This document shows, in pieces, positions 44,969-52,877 of a DNA stretch of 64,000 nucleotides. The notes under the pieces were generated by a model, which saw nothing but the letters and a program-made list of their open reading frames with translations, ran no database searches and was not told the origin of the DNA. Location: the NCBI GenBank assembly GCA_964560225.1, contig CAZLLD010000002.1:11713-75712 (forward strand), written 5' to 3'. Every line of letters starts with the position of its first letter. The first letter of the stretch is position 1. A program made the position numbers and the translations under genes. The stretch comes from an uncultured Bacteroidales bacterium (lineage in GTDB: Bacteria; Bacteroidota; Bacteroidia; Bacteroidales; UBA10428).

Positions 44969-45883
44969 TTGGAAGCATTTGATAATTGCCTGTTGTGTCC
45001 CAGAAATTGCGGGGTGAACCGCAATGCCGGTGAAACGGGTTATTGCGGATGTGATGCCGGATTCCATATCGCCTCAATTTGTATACACCAGGGTGAAGAG
45101 CCACCTATTAGCGGAACAAAAGGAATTTGCAATGTTTTTTTTACGGGGTGCAACCTGCAGTGCCTCTATTGTCAGAATTATCAGATCAGCTGCCGGAAAA
45201 ACCGGAACCAGGATCAGAAATACACTCTTGCTGAAATCACCGGGCAGATCATCAACATACTCAATCAGGGTATTGAAGCCGTGGGTTTCGTGTCTCCCAC
45301 CCACTTCACCCCGCATGTCAGGGCCATCATCCATGAATTGCACAAATCGGGGTATACTCCCATTACGGTATACAATTCAAACGGATATGATAAGGTGGAG
45401 ATTCTTAATGGTTTAGAGGGTTTAATTGATGTTTATCTTCCCGATTTCAAGTACCTTGATCCTGATACTGCACTGAAATATTCGGGAGCGAAAGACTATC
45501 CCGAACATGCTCAAAAAGCACTCAAAGAAATGTTCAGGCAAAAGGGAAGTACGGTGGTAGTCAATGAAAACGGACAGGCAGTAACCGGAATGATCATCAG
45601 GCATCTGGTATTGCCTGGGCAATCTAAAGATTCCACCCAGATTCTGAAGTGGATTGCTGAAGAATTATCACCTTCCATGAGTATTTCCCTGATGTCGCAG
45701 TATTATCCCACTCCCGGTGTTGCCAGGTATTCGCAATTGGGCAGGAAGATCAGCGCCGCAGAATACCAGGAGGTATTGGATGCAATGGAGGCAATGGGAT
45801 TTCACAAGGGATGGATCCAGGATTTTGAAAGTTCGGGGAATTACCGGCCGGATTTTGACAAAGAACATCCGTTTGAGACATAG
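44969..45883 (+). CDS. Radical SAM protein (PflX / pyruvate-formate-lyase-activase-like)
   Basis: N-terminal Cys cluster (CLLCPRNCGVNR...GYCG) and the radical-SAM CNLQCLYCQN motif. Confidence 0.8.
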   Translation: MEAFDNCLLCPRNCGVNRNAGETGYCGCDAGFHIASICIHQGEEPPISGTKGICNVFFTGCNLQCLYCQNYQISCRKNRNQDQKYTLAEITGQIINILNQGIEAVGFVSPTHFTPHVRAIIHELHKSGYTPITVYNSNGYDKVEILNGLEGLIDVYLPDFKYLDPDTALKYSGAKDYPEHAQKALKEMFRQKGSTVVVNENGQAVTGMIIRHLVLPGQSKDSTQILKWIAEELSPSMSISLMSQYYPTPGVARYSQLGRKISAAEYQEVLDAMEAMGFHKGWIQDFESSGNYRPDFDKEHPFET

Positions 45884-45901
45884 AAAGCTTTTTTAAATAT
45901 C

Positions 45902-45929
45902 AAAAAAAGCGAAGTCAGGAGACTCCGCT
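45902..45929 (-). terminator. Rho-independent terminator
   Basis: Minus strand: AGCGGAGTC-TCCT-GACTTCGCT (9 bp, one G.U) then T7. It serves the minus-strand DUF4252 gene. On the plus strand the stem has an A.C mismatch and no T-run. Confidence 0.65.
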
Positions 45930-46014
45930 TAGCTCTCGGAATTGATATTTACCACCATACGCTTGGCGCAGTTTGCAACTACGCCTTCCAAATTGGCTTT
46001 TGAACGGCCTCGCC

Positions 46015-46539
46015 CTACTCTTTCATTTTTTCCAGGTTCTCCATTCCTTCAATATTCATGCTTTTGGCCAGTTTCGAGATGTTCTTCATGTCGATATCAC
46101 CCTGGATGCTGATGAGCACACTCTCATTCTTGCCGCCGATGACCATCAGCAATTCGGCGATTTTCCGGTTTTTATCTTCCTTTGCGTAGAATTTGATATC
46201 CTGATCTTTCTCCTTAACTACCATGATTTCCTTGTAGGGTGATGAGGGAATGACTTTCATGATCTCCTGGTAGAGGTTTACCGGGGCCGGTGTGGCCGGA
46301 TCATCGTCGGTAACCAGGATTTTTATACAGTCGAGTTTGCTGATAACCTCGTTCATGTCGTCGTCAGATTTCGCACCGGCATCGTTGCTGCGGAACATAT
46401 CAAACATGTACTTGGAAATGTACACCGAGGTATATCCTTCAGCGCCGGAGTATTTATCAAATAGCTTATCCATGATGCTTTGAGCCTGCAATCCGGCTGA
46501 CAGTGCCAAAAATCCGGTAACCATTAGGATTGTTTTCAT
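46015..46539 (-). CDS. DUF4252-family secreted protein
   Basis: Signal peptide. LFDKYSGAEGYTSVYISKYMF and a C-terminal ...IQGDIDMKNISKLAKSM pattern typical of DUF4252 (from memory). Confidence 0.7.
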   Translation of the reverse strand: MKTILMVTGFLALSAGLQAQSIMDKLFDKYSGAEGYTSVYISKYMFDMFRSNDAGAKSDDDMNEVISKLDCIKILVTDDDPATPAPVNLYQEIMKVIPSSPYKEIMVVKEKDQDIKFYAKEDKNRKIAELLMVIGGKNESVLISIQGDIDMKNISKLAKSMNIEGMENLEKMKE

Positions 46540-46546
46540 GACTTAT

Positions 46547-47116
46547 TTATTTTTTCAGATTTGACGATTGGTTAATTATGGAAACCAAGTTCAACATACC
46601 CAGGCTTTCATCCATTTTACCCAGATTCTGGAGTTGATCGGTTCCTGTATTTATTTTAGAGACGTTGTTTAAAGGTTCGAGTCCTCTGTTCATTTTCTGT
46701 GAAATATACATCAATGCTTTTTGTGTTTCCTGGTACGCCAGTTGCGGATCATTATAGGTATCTTTCACTTGCTGGTGCCGGAACTGGTTGACAAGAATAA
46801 CTGAAAGACCGATTGCCATTGCAATTGAGGCTGCCATCAGCAGGTGCCTGAGCGGCATCCGGGTTTTCTTTTCTCCATTCGTTTCCAGGCTCATGATCCT
46901 GTTCATGATTTTAGTTTCCAGAGCCTCATTTTCTGCCGGAGACAACAAATTCTGATCGAGCAGGTTGAAAAAGGCCCTGTAAGGAATCAGGTCTTCTTCA
47001 ATGGGCTGATCGCCTGTAAAGCAATCTCTGAGTGTACGCTCTTCATCCAATGTGGTAGCGCCCTCAAAGTACCTTGCCAGCAGTTGTCTGATTCGGTTTG
47101 TGTCCATCTGATTCAT
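46547..47116 (-). CDS. Putative membrane-anchored anti-sigma-like protein
   Basis: Start at MNQMDTNRIRQLLARYFEGATTLDEERTLRDCF. A single TM helix (LLMAASIAMAIGLSVILV). Lies immediately downstream of, and overlaps, the ECF sigma gene. Confidence 0.55.
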   Translation of the reverse strand: MNQMDTNRIRQLLARYFEGATTLDEERTLRDCFTGDQPIEEDLIPYRAFFNLLDQNLLSPAENEALETKIMNRIMSLETNGEKKTRMPLRHLLMAASIAMAIGLSVILVNQFRHQQVKDTYNDPQLAYQETQKALMYISQKMNRGLEPLNNVSKINTGTDQLQNLGKMDESLGMLNLVSIINQSSNLKK

Positions 47117-47609
47117 ACTTTTGCATTGCTTCTTTAATGTGATTGCGTGCTCTCGAAAGGTTAACCCGAATAGCATTAACCTGCATATCCATTACTTCGC
47201 TTATATCTTCAAATTCAAGTCCTTCAAACTCTCTCAACTGAACTATTTGACGCTGTTGTTCAGGAAGCTGATCCAGTATCTGTTTCAGCAAGCCCAGCTT
47301 ATCATTGTTTTCCAGGATCCGGTGCGGATCATCGTTTTCCGAGCGCCTGTCAAACCATTTCTGGTAGCTTTCAATATAAACCGGCTTTCGTGCTTTGATC
47401 CGGTCGAGGCACCAGTTTCTGGTCATTTTCATTGCAAAAGCTTCGACGCTTTTCAGCGATTCCAGAGAATCCCTGATTTTCCAGAGTTTCAAATATACTT
47501 CCTGAACCGTATCCTCAGCTTCACTTTTATCCCTAAGCAGCAGGCAGGCAAAGCGGTATAGTTTCCCGCTCAATGGCAGCATGTTCTTTTTAAATTCATT
47601 TGCATCCAT
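47064..47609 (-). CDS. ECF-type RNA polymerase sigma-70 family factor
   Basis: Region 2 (AEDTVQEVYLKLWK) and region 4 HTH (LPEQQRQIVQLREFEGLEFEDISEVMDMQVNAIRVNLSRAR). Confidence 0.88.
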   Translation of the reverse strand: MDANEFKKNMLPLSGKLYRFACLLLRDKSEAEDTVQEVYLKLWKIRDSLESLKSVEAFAMKMTRNWCLDRIKARKPVYIESYQKWFDRRSENDDPHRILENNDKLGLLKQILDQLPEQQRQIVQLREFEGLEFEDISEVMDMQVNAIRVNLSRARNHIKEAMQKYESDGHKPNQTTAGKVL

Positions 47610-47645
47610 AGGATCTGCCTGTTAAACCGACTTAGGTAAAGTTAA

Positions 47646-48158
47646 TTACTTTTCCAGCTTTTTCAGGTGTTCGAATCCTTTCATCTGGTACTTACCTGCC
47701 ATGTCGGCCATTTCGCTCAGCAGTATGTCGCCCTTTACCTGTATGAGCGCGTTTTCATCATTGCCTCCGGCCAGTATCAGGATTTCTGCAATACGGCCGT
47801 TGTTTTCCTTCATCAGGATCACCACGTCTTCACCTTCCTGTTTCACACTCAACATTTCCTTGTAAACTGATTTGTCGAGTTTGTCATACAATTCTGACCG
47901 CAAATTGACACCGGCTGGTTTGTCACAGCCTTTATCAATAGCCAGTATTCTGATTTCCGACAAGGTAGAAGCGATGGTGGTATCGCGGCGTTCGGCTTCG
48001 AACTGCGTCATGAGCTTCAGCATATCACCGGTTACATTTACCGTGGTAAATCCTGCAACCTTGTTATATTTTTCAAACAAGGCACTAACCGGGTCTTTCT
48101 GGGCTGAGACAGCTCCCGAAATACAGAGGATGATCAATCCAAGCGTTATTTTTTTCAT
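47646..48158 (-). CDS. DUF4252-family secreted protein (second copy)
   Basis: Signal peptide. LFEKYNKVAGFTTVNVTGDML... and ...VKGDILLSEMADMAGKY, parallel to 46015..46539. Confidence 0.7.
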   Translation of the reverse strand: MKKITLGLIILCISGAVSAQKDPVSALFEKYNKVAGFTTVNVTGDMLKLMTQFEAERRDTTIASTLSEIRILAIDKGCDKPAGVNLRSELYDKLDKSVYKEMLSVKQEGEDVVILMKENNGRIAEILILAGGNDENALIQVKGDILLSEMADMAGKYQMKGFEHLKKLEK

Positions 48159-48295
48159 ATCGGATGTTTTAAAGTTAGTGGTTAATCTCTTGGTATGAGA
48201 AAGACGAACAGTCAGGCATAATATTACAGTTAATTAACGGTATTTTATTTTTCTCAAATAATTGGCATAATTCATGCAATCATTAAGCGAAATAT

Positions 48296-48303
48296 TATTT
48301 TTG
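48296..48303 (+). promoter_or_regulatory. Candidate -7 box (TAnnTTTG)
   Basis: TATTTTTG lies 33 nt upstream of the ATG at 48336. Confidence 0.3.
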
Positions 48304-48335
48304 TAATCTATTCATTCAATTCAAAACCAACAACC

Positions 48336-49073
48336 ATGAAAAAACTATTCACAGTTCTCTTGTTCTCGATGATGGTGACCTTCGCCTGGTCACAAACCGT
48401 TGATGAAATCATCGGCAAGTATTTTGAAAATGCAGGCGGAATGCAGAAAATGAAAGACATGAAAACCCTCATGATGAAGGGTAAGATGTCTACACCGCAG
48501 GGCGACCTGTCATTGGAAATATCCCGGAAAGCACCCAATAAAATGATGCAGACAATTGATATTATGGGACAAAAAATAATCCAGGCCTATGACGGACAAA
48601 CTGCCTGGATGGTCAACCCACTTTCAGGGGAAACCAAACCGCAGAAGGTGCCTGCTGAACAAGCGGGTTCCATGTTGGAACAAGCTGAACTGGAAGATCC
48701 TTTTATTGATTATGCCAAAAAAGGCTATGAAGTAACTTATGAAGGTACCGGGGATGTAGAAGGAGTGAAATGCTATATTCTGAAACTTACCAGGAATAAG
48801 GGTAAAGGCGATGCCGAAAGCGTAGCAAGTTATTATCTTGACTGTGATACCTATCTGCCTCTGATGGTGAAACAGAATACAAATGCCGGCGCCATGGGCA
48901 TGGTTGAAGTTGATGCCGTTATGAGCGATTACCGTGATGCCGGTGACGGAATCATGATGCCTTTCAGCATTGAGCAGAAAATGGGCGGACAGACAGCAAT
49001 GAACATCAAATTAGATACCATTGAAATCAACAAGGAAATTGCAGATGACATTTTCACTTATAAAGGTGAATAA
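48336..49073 (+). CDS. Secreted protein, LolA-like / outer-membrane lipoprotein-sorting-like fold (putative)
   Basis: Signal peptide (MKKLFTVLLFSMMVTFAWSQ). ~245-aa beta-rich protein whose N-terminal IIGKYFENAGG pattern is seen in LolA-like families. Weak recognition. Confidence 0.45.
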   Translation: MKKLFTVLLFSMMVTFAWSQTVDEIIGKYFENAGGMQKMKDMKTLMMKGKMSTPQGDLSLEISRKAPNKMMQTIDIMGQKIIQAYDGQTAWMVNPLSGETKPQKVPAEQAGSMLEQAELEDPFIDYAKKGYEVTYEGTGDVEGVKCYILKLTRNKGKGDAESVASYYLDCDTYLPLMVKQNTNAGAMGMVEVDAVMSDYRDAGDGIMMPFSIEQKMGGQTAMNIKLDTIEINKEIADDIFTYKGE

Positions 49074-49092
49074 TCTATAATAACCAAAAAAA

Positions 49093-49118
49093 AGCCCCGG
49101 AACAACCGGGGCTTTTTT
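49093..49118. terminator. Bidirectional rho-independent terminator
   Basis: AGCCCCGG (49093-49100) / CCGGGGCT (49106-49113), with A8 upstream and T6 downstream. It lies between convergent genes and overlaps the stop codon at 49117. Confidence 0.8.
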
Positions 49119-49524
49119 ATTTGAAATACTTTCTTACCTTTTCCAGGAAAAACTCGGGAGCACGCTTGGGCCGGCGGGTTTTTGCATCCACAAAAGCCAG
49201 AATGGTATTCCCCTTACAAACCAGTTGGTATTGTTCGTTATATATTTCGTAATCGATATCCAGCTTGATTTCCGGAAGTTTGTTCATAATTGACTTCACT
49301 ACCAGCAACTCATCATAGCGGGCCGGATTCTTGTAATCGACATGAAGGCTTCTTACTGGCATGATGATGCCCATGTCTTCGATATCTCTGTAACTCAGTC
49401 CCAGCGATCGGATCATGTCGGTGCGTGACACCTCGAAATACTCGGGATAATGTCCGTAATACATATATCCCATCCGATCGGTTTCTCCATAGCGCACGCG
49501 GATTTTTGTCTCACTGCTATACAT
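49117..49524 (-). CDS. Acyl-CoA thioesterase (4HBT / YbgC family)
   Basis: Hot-dog fold signature IRVRYGETDRMGYMYYGHYPEYFEVSRTD. 135 aa. Confidence 0.85.
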   Translation of the reverse strand: MYSSETKIRVRYGETDRMGYMYYGHYPEYFEVSRTDMIRSLGLSYRDIEDMGIIMPVRSLHVDYKNPARYDELLVVKSIMNKLPEIKLDIDYEIYNEQYQLVCKGNTILAFVDAKTRRPKRAPEFFLEKVRKYFK

Positions 49525-49559
49525 CTTGGTTCTTGGCTCTTGAATCTTGGTTCTATTAT

Positions 49560-50366
49560 CTACTTCAACGGGCTTTCCGGTTCATTGGCCATTTTCACAT
49601 AAGCGGCATATTCCAGGAACCTTGGGGCAATACGCTTAACCAATGCGGTCATTTTGCCTTCAAGGGTGAGGATCACGTAATTTCTCCTGCGGTGCAATGC
49701 CCTGATGATAGCTCGTGCCACTTCTTCCGGAAGCATCATTTTTTCTTCCTCGCGGGGCGTAAATCCCTGGGGCAGTCCATTGGCAGTAAGCGCTTTTTTT
49801 CGGATATCTGATTTGGTGAAACCGGCACAAAGAATCAGTACATGCAGTCCGTTTTTCAGGTTCTCGATCCGCAGGGTTTCCAGGAAACCGTGCAGTGCAT
49901 ATTTCGAAGCCGAATAGCCCGTTCTTCCTGGCAATCCAACAAATCCCGCTACAGATGATACGCCAACAACCGAACCTTTGCTGTTGATCAGATGAGGCAA
50001 GGCATACTTGGTGCAGTTCACCGCACCCCAGAAATTCACATCAAACAATTGCCTGAGTACCCCGAGGTCAACATCCTTAAAAAGGGCGCGCATGGACAGG
50101 CCGGCATTGTTAATCAGGATATCAATCCTTCCGTATTTTTCAATGGTTTTATCGATCAGGTTTCTGCAATCTTCCTCAACGGTAACATCTGTAGTCACTG
50201 CCAATGCATTATAGCCCGATGACCGTAGATTTTCTTCAATTTTCTTTAACTCACTGTCTCTTCGCGCTGCAAGCACAACCTTTGCACCTTCCTTTGCAAA
50301 AGCTTCAGCAGTGGCCAGTCCGATACCCGAAGAAGCACCGGTGACAATGACAACTTTATCTTTCAT
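49560..50366 (-). CDS. Short-chain dehydrogenase/reductase (SDR)
   Basis: Start at MKDKVVIVTGASSGIGLA (TGxxxGxG). NNAG and YSASKYAL (YxxxK). Confidence 0.88.
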   Translation of the reverse strand: MKDKVVIVTGASSGIGLATAEAFAKEGAKVVLAARRDSELKKIEENLRSSGYNALAVTTDVTVEEDCRNLIDKTIEKYGRIDILINNAGLSMRALFKDVDLGVLRQLFDVNFWGAVNCTKYALPHLINSKGSVVGVSSVAGFVGLPGRTGYSASKYALHGFLETLRIENLKNGLHVLILCAGFTKSDIRKKALTANGLPQGFTPREEEKMMLPEEVARAIIRALHRRRNYVILTLEGKMTALVKRIAPRFLEYAAYVKMANEPESPLK

Positions 50367-50486
50367 ATGGGAATCACTTATTCGGCCATAAAAATAGTAA
50401 TAAACAGTAACAGTGTTCACCTTTACATTTGAATTTTATGGTCAATTATAAAACTTAATGGTAATTTTGCCCTGAAAATTCACAAC

Positions 50487-51779
50487 ATGATTGGCACCAA
50501 TCAACCGCTGGCAGACCGTATGCGACCTAAAGACCTGAATGACTATGTTGGTCAGGAGCATCTCGTTGGAGAAGGGTCTATCCTGAGAACCAGCATAGAA
50601 AGCGGCAACATACCGTCGTTCATACTATGGGGTCCACCGGGCGTTGGAAAAACCACACTGGCCCGCATTATAGCCCGCCAGTTAAACCGTCCATTCTTTC
50701 AGCTCAGTGCAGTGCATGCCGGGGTTAAAGATGTTCGTGAAACCATTGAAAAGGCAAAGCAACAGCAGTTCTTCAACAAACCATCTGCCATCCTGTTCAT
50801 CGATGAAATTCACCGTTTCAACAAGTCGCAGCAGGATTCGTTGCTGGGTTCAGTAGAACAGGGTATAGTAACGCTCATTGGGGCAACCACAGAAAATCCC
50901 TCATTTGAAGTCATCTCTCCCCTGCTCTCGCGCTGCCAGGTATACGTACTGAAATCGTTGGGTAAGGAGGAACTGACCCGGATCCTTACCCGGGCAATTA
51001 CGGCAGACAGCTATCTCAAAGAGCTGAAAATTCGGGTAGATGAATCCAATGCGCTGTTCAAGCTTTCAGGCGGTGATGCCCGCAAGCTCATGAACATGCT
51101 TGAGCTTGTAGTAAGCACGCTTTCAGCCGGCAATTCAAAAGAAATCGTGATCAGCGACAAGTTGGTTATGGAAATCATTCAGGAGAAAATTGCCATTTAC
51201 GATAAAAGCGGTGAGCAGCATTACGACATCATTTCAGCATTTATCAAATCATTGAGAGGCAGTGATCCGAACGCTGCTGTATACTGGCTGGCGCGCATGG
51301 TTGAAGGGGGTGAGGATCCGAAGTTCATTGCGCGCCGAATGGTGATTCTGGCTGCCGAAGATATCGGACTGGCCAACCCGAACGCGCTGCTTCTTGCCAC
51401 CTCATGTTTTGAAGCTATTAACCTGATCGGCTGGCCGGAATCGCGGATCATTCTTTCGGAAACGGCGCTTTACCTGGCCACTTCACCCAAAAGCAATTCG
51501 GCTTACCAGGCTATCAATGAAGCCCAAAACCTGATCAGGGAAACGGGCGACCTGCCAGTACCTTTAAATATAAGGAATGCGCCTACCTCACTGATGAAAG
51601 ATCTGGGTTATGGCGACGGGTACAAATACGCCCATAACTACACCGGGAACTTCACTCGCGAAGAATTTCTGCCGGAAGAAATCCGGAACAAGGTGTTTTA
51701 TGAACCGCAAAACAATGCCCGGGAAGCAGAAATCAGGAATAAGATGGCCGCTTTCTGGAAAGGAAAATACGAGTATTAA
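50487..51779 (+). CDS. rarA: Replication-associated recombination protein A (AAA+ ATPase)
   Basis: LADRMRPKDLNDYVGQEHL, Walker A GPPGVGKTT, Walker B FIDEIHRFNK, and the MgsA C-terminal domain (HYDIISAFIKSLRGSDPNAAVYWLARM). Confidence 0.93.
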   Translation: MIGTNQPLADRMRPKDLNDYVGQEHLVGEGSILRTSIESGNIPSFILWGPPGVGKTTLARIIARQLNRPFFQLSAVHAGVKDVRETIEKAKQQQFFNKPSAILFIDEIHRFNKSQQDSLLGSVEQGIVTLIGATTENPSFEVISPLLSRCQVYVLKSLGKEELTRILTRAITADSYLKELKIRVDESNALFKLSGGDARKLMNMLELVVSTLSAGNSKEIVISDKLVMEIIQEKIAIYDKSGEQHYDIISAFIKSLRGSDPNAAVYWLARMVEGGEDPKFIARRMVILAAEDIGLANPNALLLATSCFEAINLIGWPESRIILSETALYLATSPKSNSAYQAINEAQNLIRETGDLPVPLNIRNAPTSLMKDLGYGDGYKYAHNYTGNFTREEFLPEEIRNKVFYEPQNNAREAEIRNKMAAFWKGKYEY

Positions 51780-51798
51780 AGAATTATCAGCACTCCAT

Positions 51799-52626
51799 AT
51801 GGAAACCATCAGAACAATTCCCCAGATCAGGCATACCGCTTCGGGCATATTTTTTCTCATTGCCGGACCCTGTGTTGTTGAAAGCCGCGAACTGTGTTTC
51901 GAAATAGCGGAAAAAATAATCAAAATAACTGACCGGCTTGAGATACCCTATATTTTTAAGAGTTCATACAAAAAGGCCAACCGCTCGAGATCAGATTCAT
52001 TTACCGGAATCGGGGACAAAGCCGGGTTGGAAATTCTCAGAGATCTGAGACGGGATTTAAGAATCCCTGTACTTACAGATATTCATTCAACTGAAGAAGC
52101 CTATTTTGCTTCGCAGTATGTTGATGTACTGCAAATTCCTGCTTTTTTATGCAGGCAAACCGACCTTTTGGTGGCGGCTGCCAAAACAGGAAAAGCAGTT
52201 AATATCAAAAAGGGACAGTTTCTTTCGCCCGAATCCATGAAGTTTGCCGCTGATAAAGTGGTTCAGGCAGGGAACAACCAGGTGATGCTTACCGACCGGG
52301 GAGTAATGTACGGTTATCATGATCTGATTGTTGATTTCAGGGGTATTCCTGAAATGAGGAAAATGGGATATCCGGTAATACTTGACATAACCCATTCTCT
52401 TCAGCAGCCCAATCAAAACACAGGCTTAACGGGTGGCAAGCCTGAACTGATTGAAACCATGGCCAGGGCAGCTATAGCCGTGGGTGTTGATGGTTTGTTT
52501 CTGGAAACCCATCCCGAGCCGATGTTGGCCAAAAGCGACGGAGCCAATATGCTGAAACTGGACTTGCTTGAAAACCTGCTGGAGAAGCTGGTGAGAATCA
52601 GAAAGACCGTGAATGGCTTTGAATAA
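51799..52626 (+). CDS. kdsA: 3-deoxy-8-phosphooctulonate (KDO-8-P) synthase
   Basis: Start at METIRTIPQI (ATG 51799). FFLIAGPCVVES, FKSSYKKANRS, QIPAFLCRQTDLL and DITHSLQ. The track's longer ORF overlaps rarA and is not used. Confidence 0.93.
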   Translation: METIRTIPQIRHTASGIFFLIAGPCVVESRELCFEIAEKIIKITDRLEIPYIFKSSYKKANRSRSDSFTGIGDKAGLEILRDLRRDLRIPVLTDIHSTEEAYFASQYVDVLQIPAFLCRQTDLLVAAAKTGKAVNIKKGQFLSPESMKFAADKVVQAGNNQVMLTDRGVMYGYHDLIVDFRGIPEMRKMGYPVILDITHSLQQPNQNTGLTGGKPELIETMARAAIAVGVDGLFLETHPEPMLAKSDGANMLKLDLLENLLEKLVRIRKTVNGFE

Positions 52627-52811
52627 GAACAGGTGTTCAAGGCATTCGTGGCAATCGATACTTTTTCAACAGCTTATATCACAGAAAATCAGTACTATAG
52701 CTTTATAAGTTTTTTTTTATCAACAAATTATTGCACAGGTGTTGCATTTATTAACATTTTTTATACTTTTACAACACATTAACCCTAACGATTTAACCTA
52801 TAATTACCAGA

Positions 52812-52846
52812 AGAGGGTGTTTCTTTGATGAAGCACCCTCTTTTTA
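52812..52846. terminator. Hairpin plus T-run (terminator-like), large loop
   Basis: AGAGGGTG (52812-52819) / CACCCTCT (52834-52841), 14-nt loop, then TTTTTAT. It is 186 nt after the kdsA stop and 33 nt after the minus-strand kinase stop. Confidence 0.5.
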
Positions 52847-52877
52847 TATTTATGCAAATTGTTTTGTCATCATTAGT

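Noticed and set aside
51610-51798. Upstream extension of the kdsA ORF overlapping the end of rarA
   Set aside because: The extension has no KdsA homology and overlaps 170 nt of rarA. The conserved KdsA N-terminus begins at the ATG at 51799.
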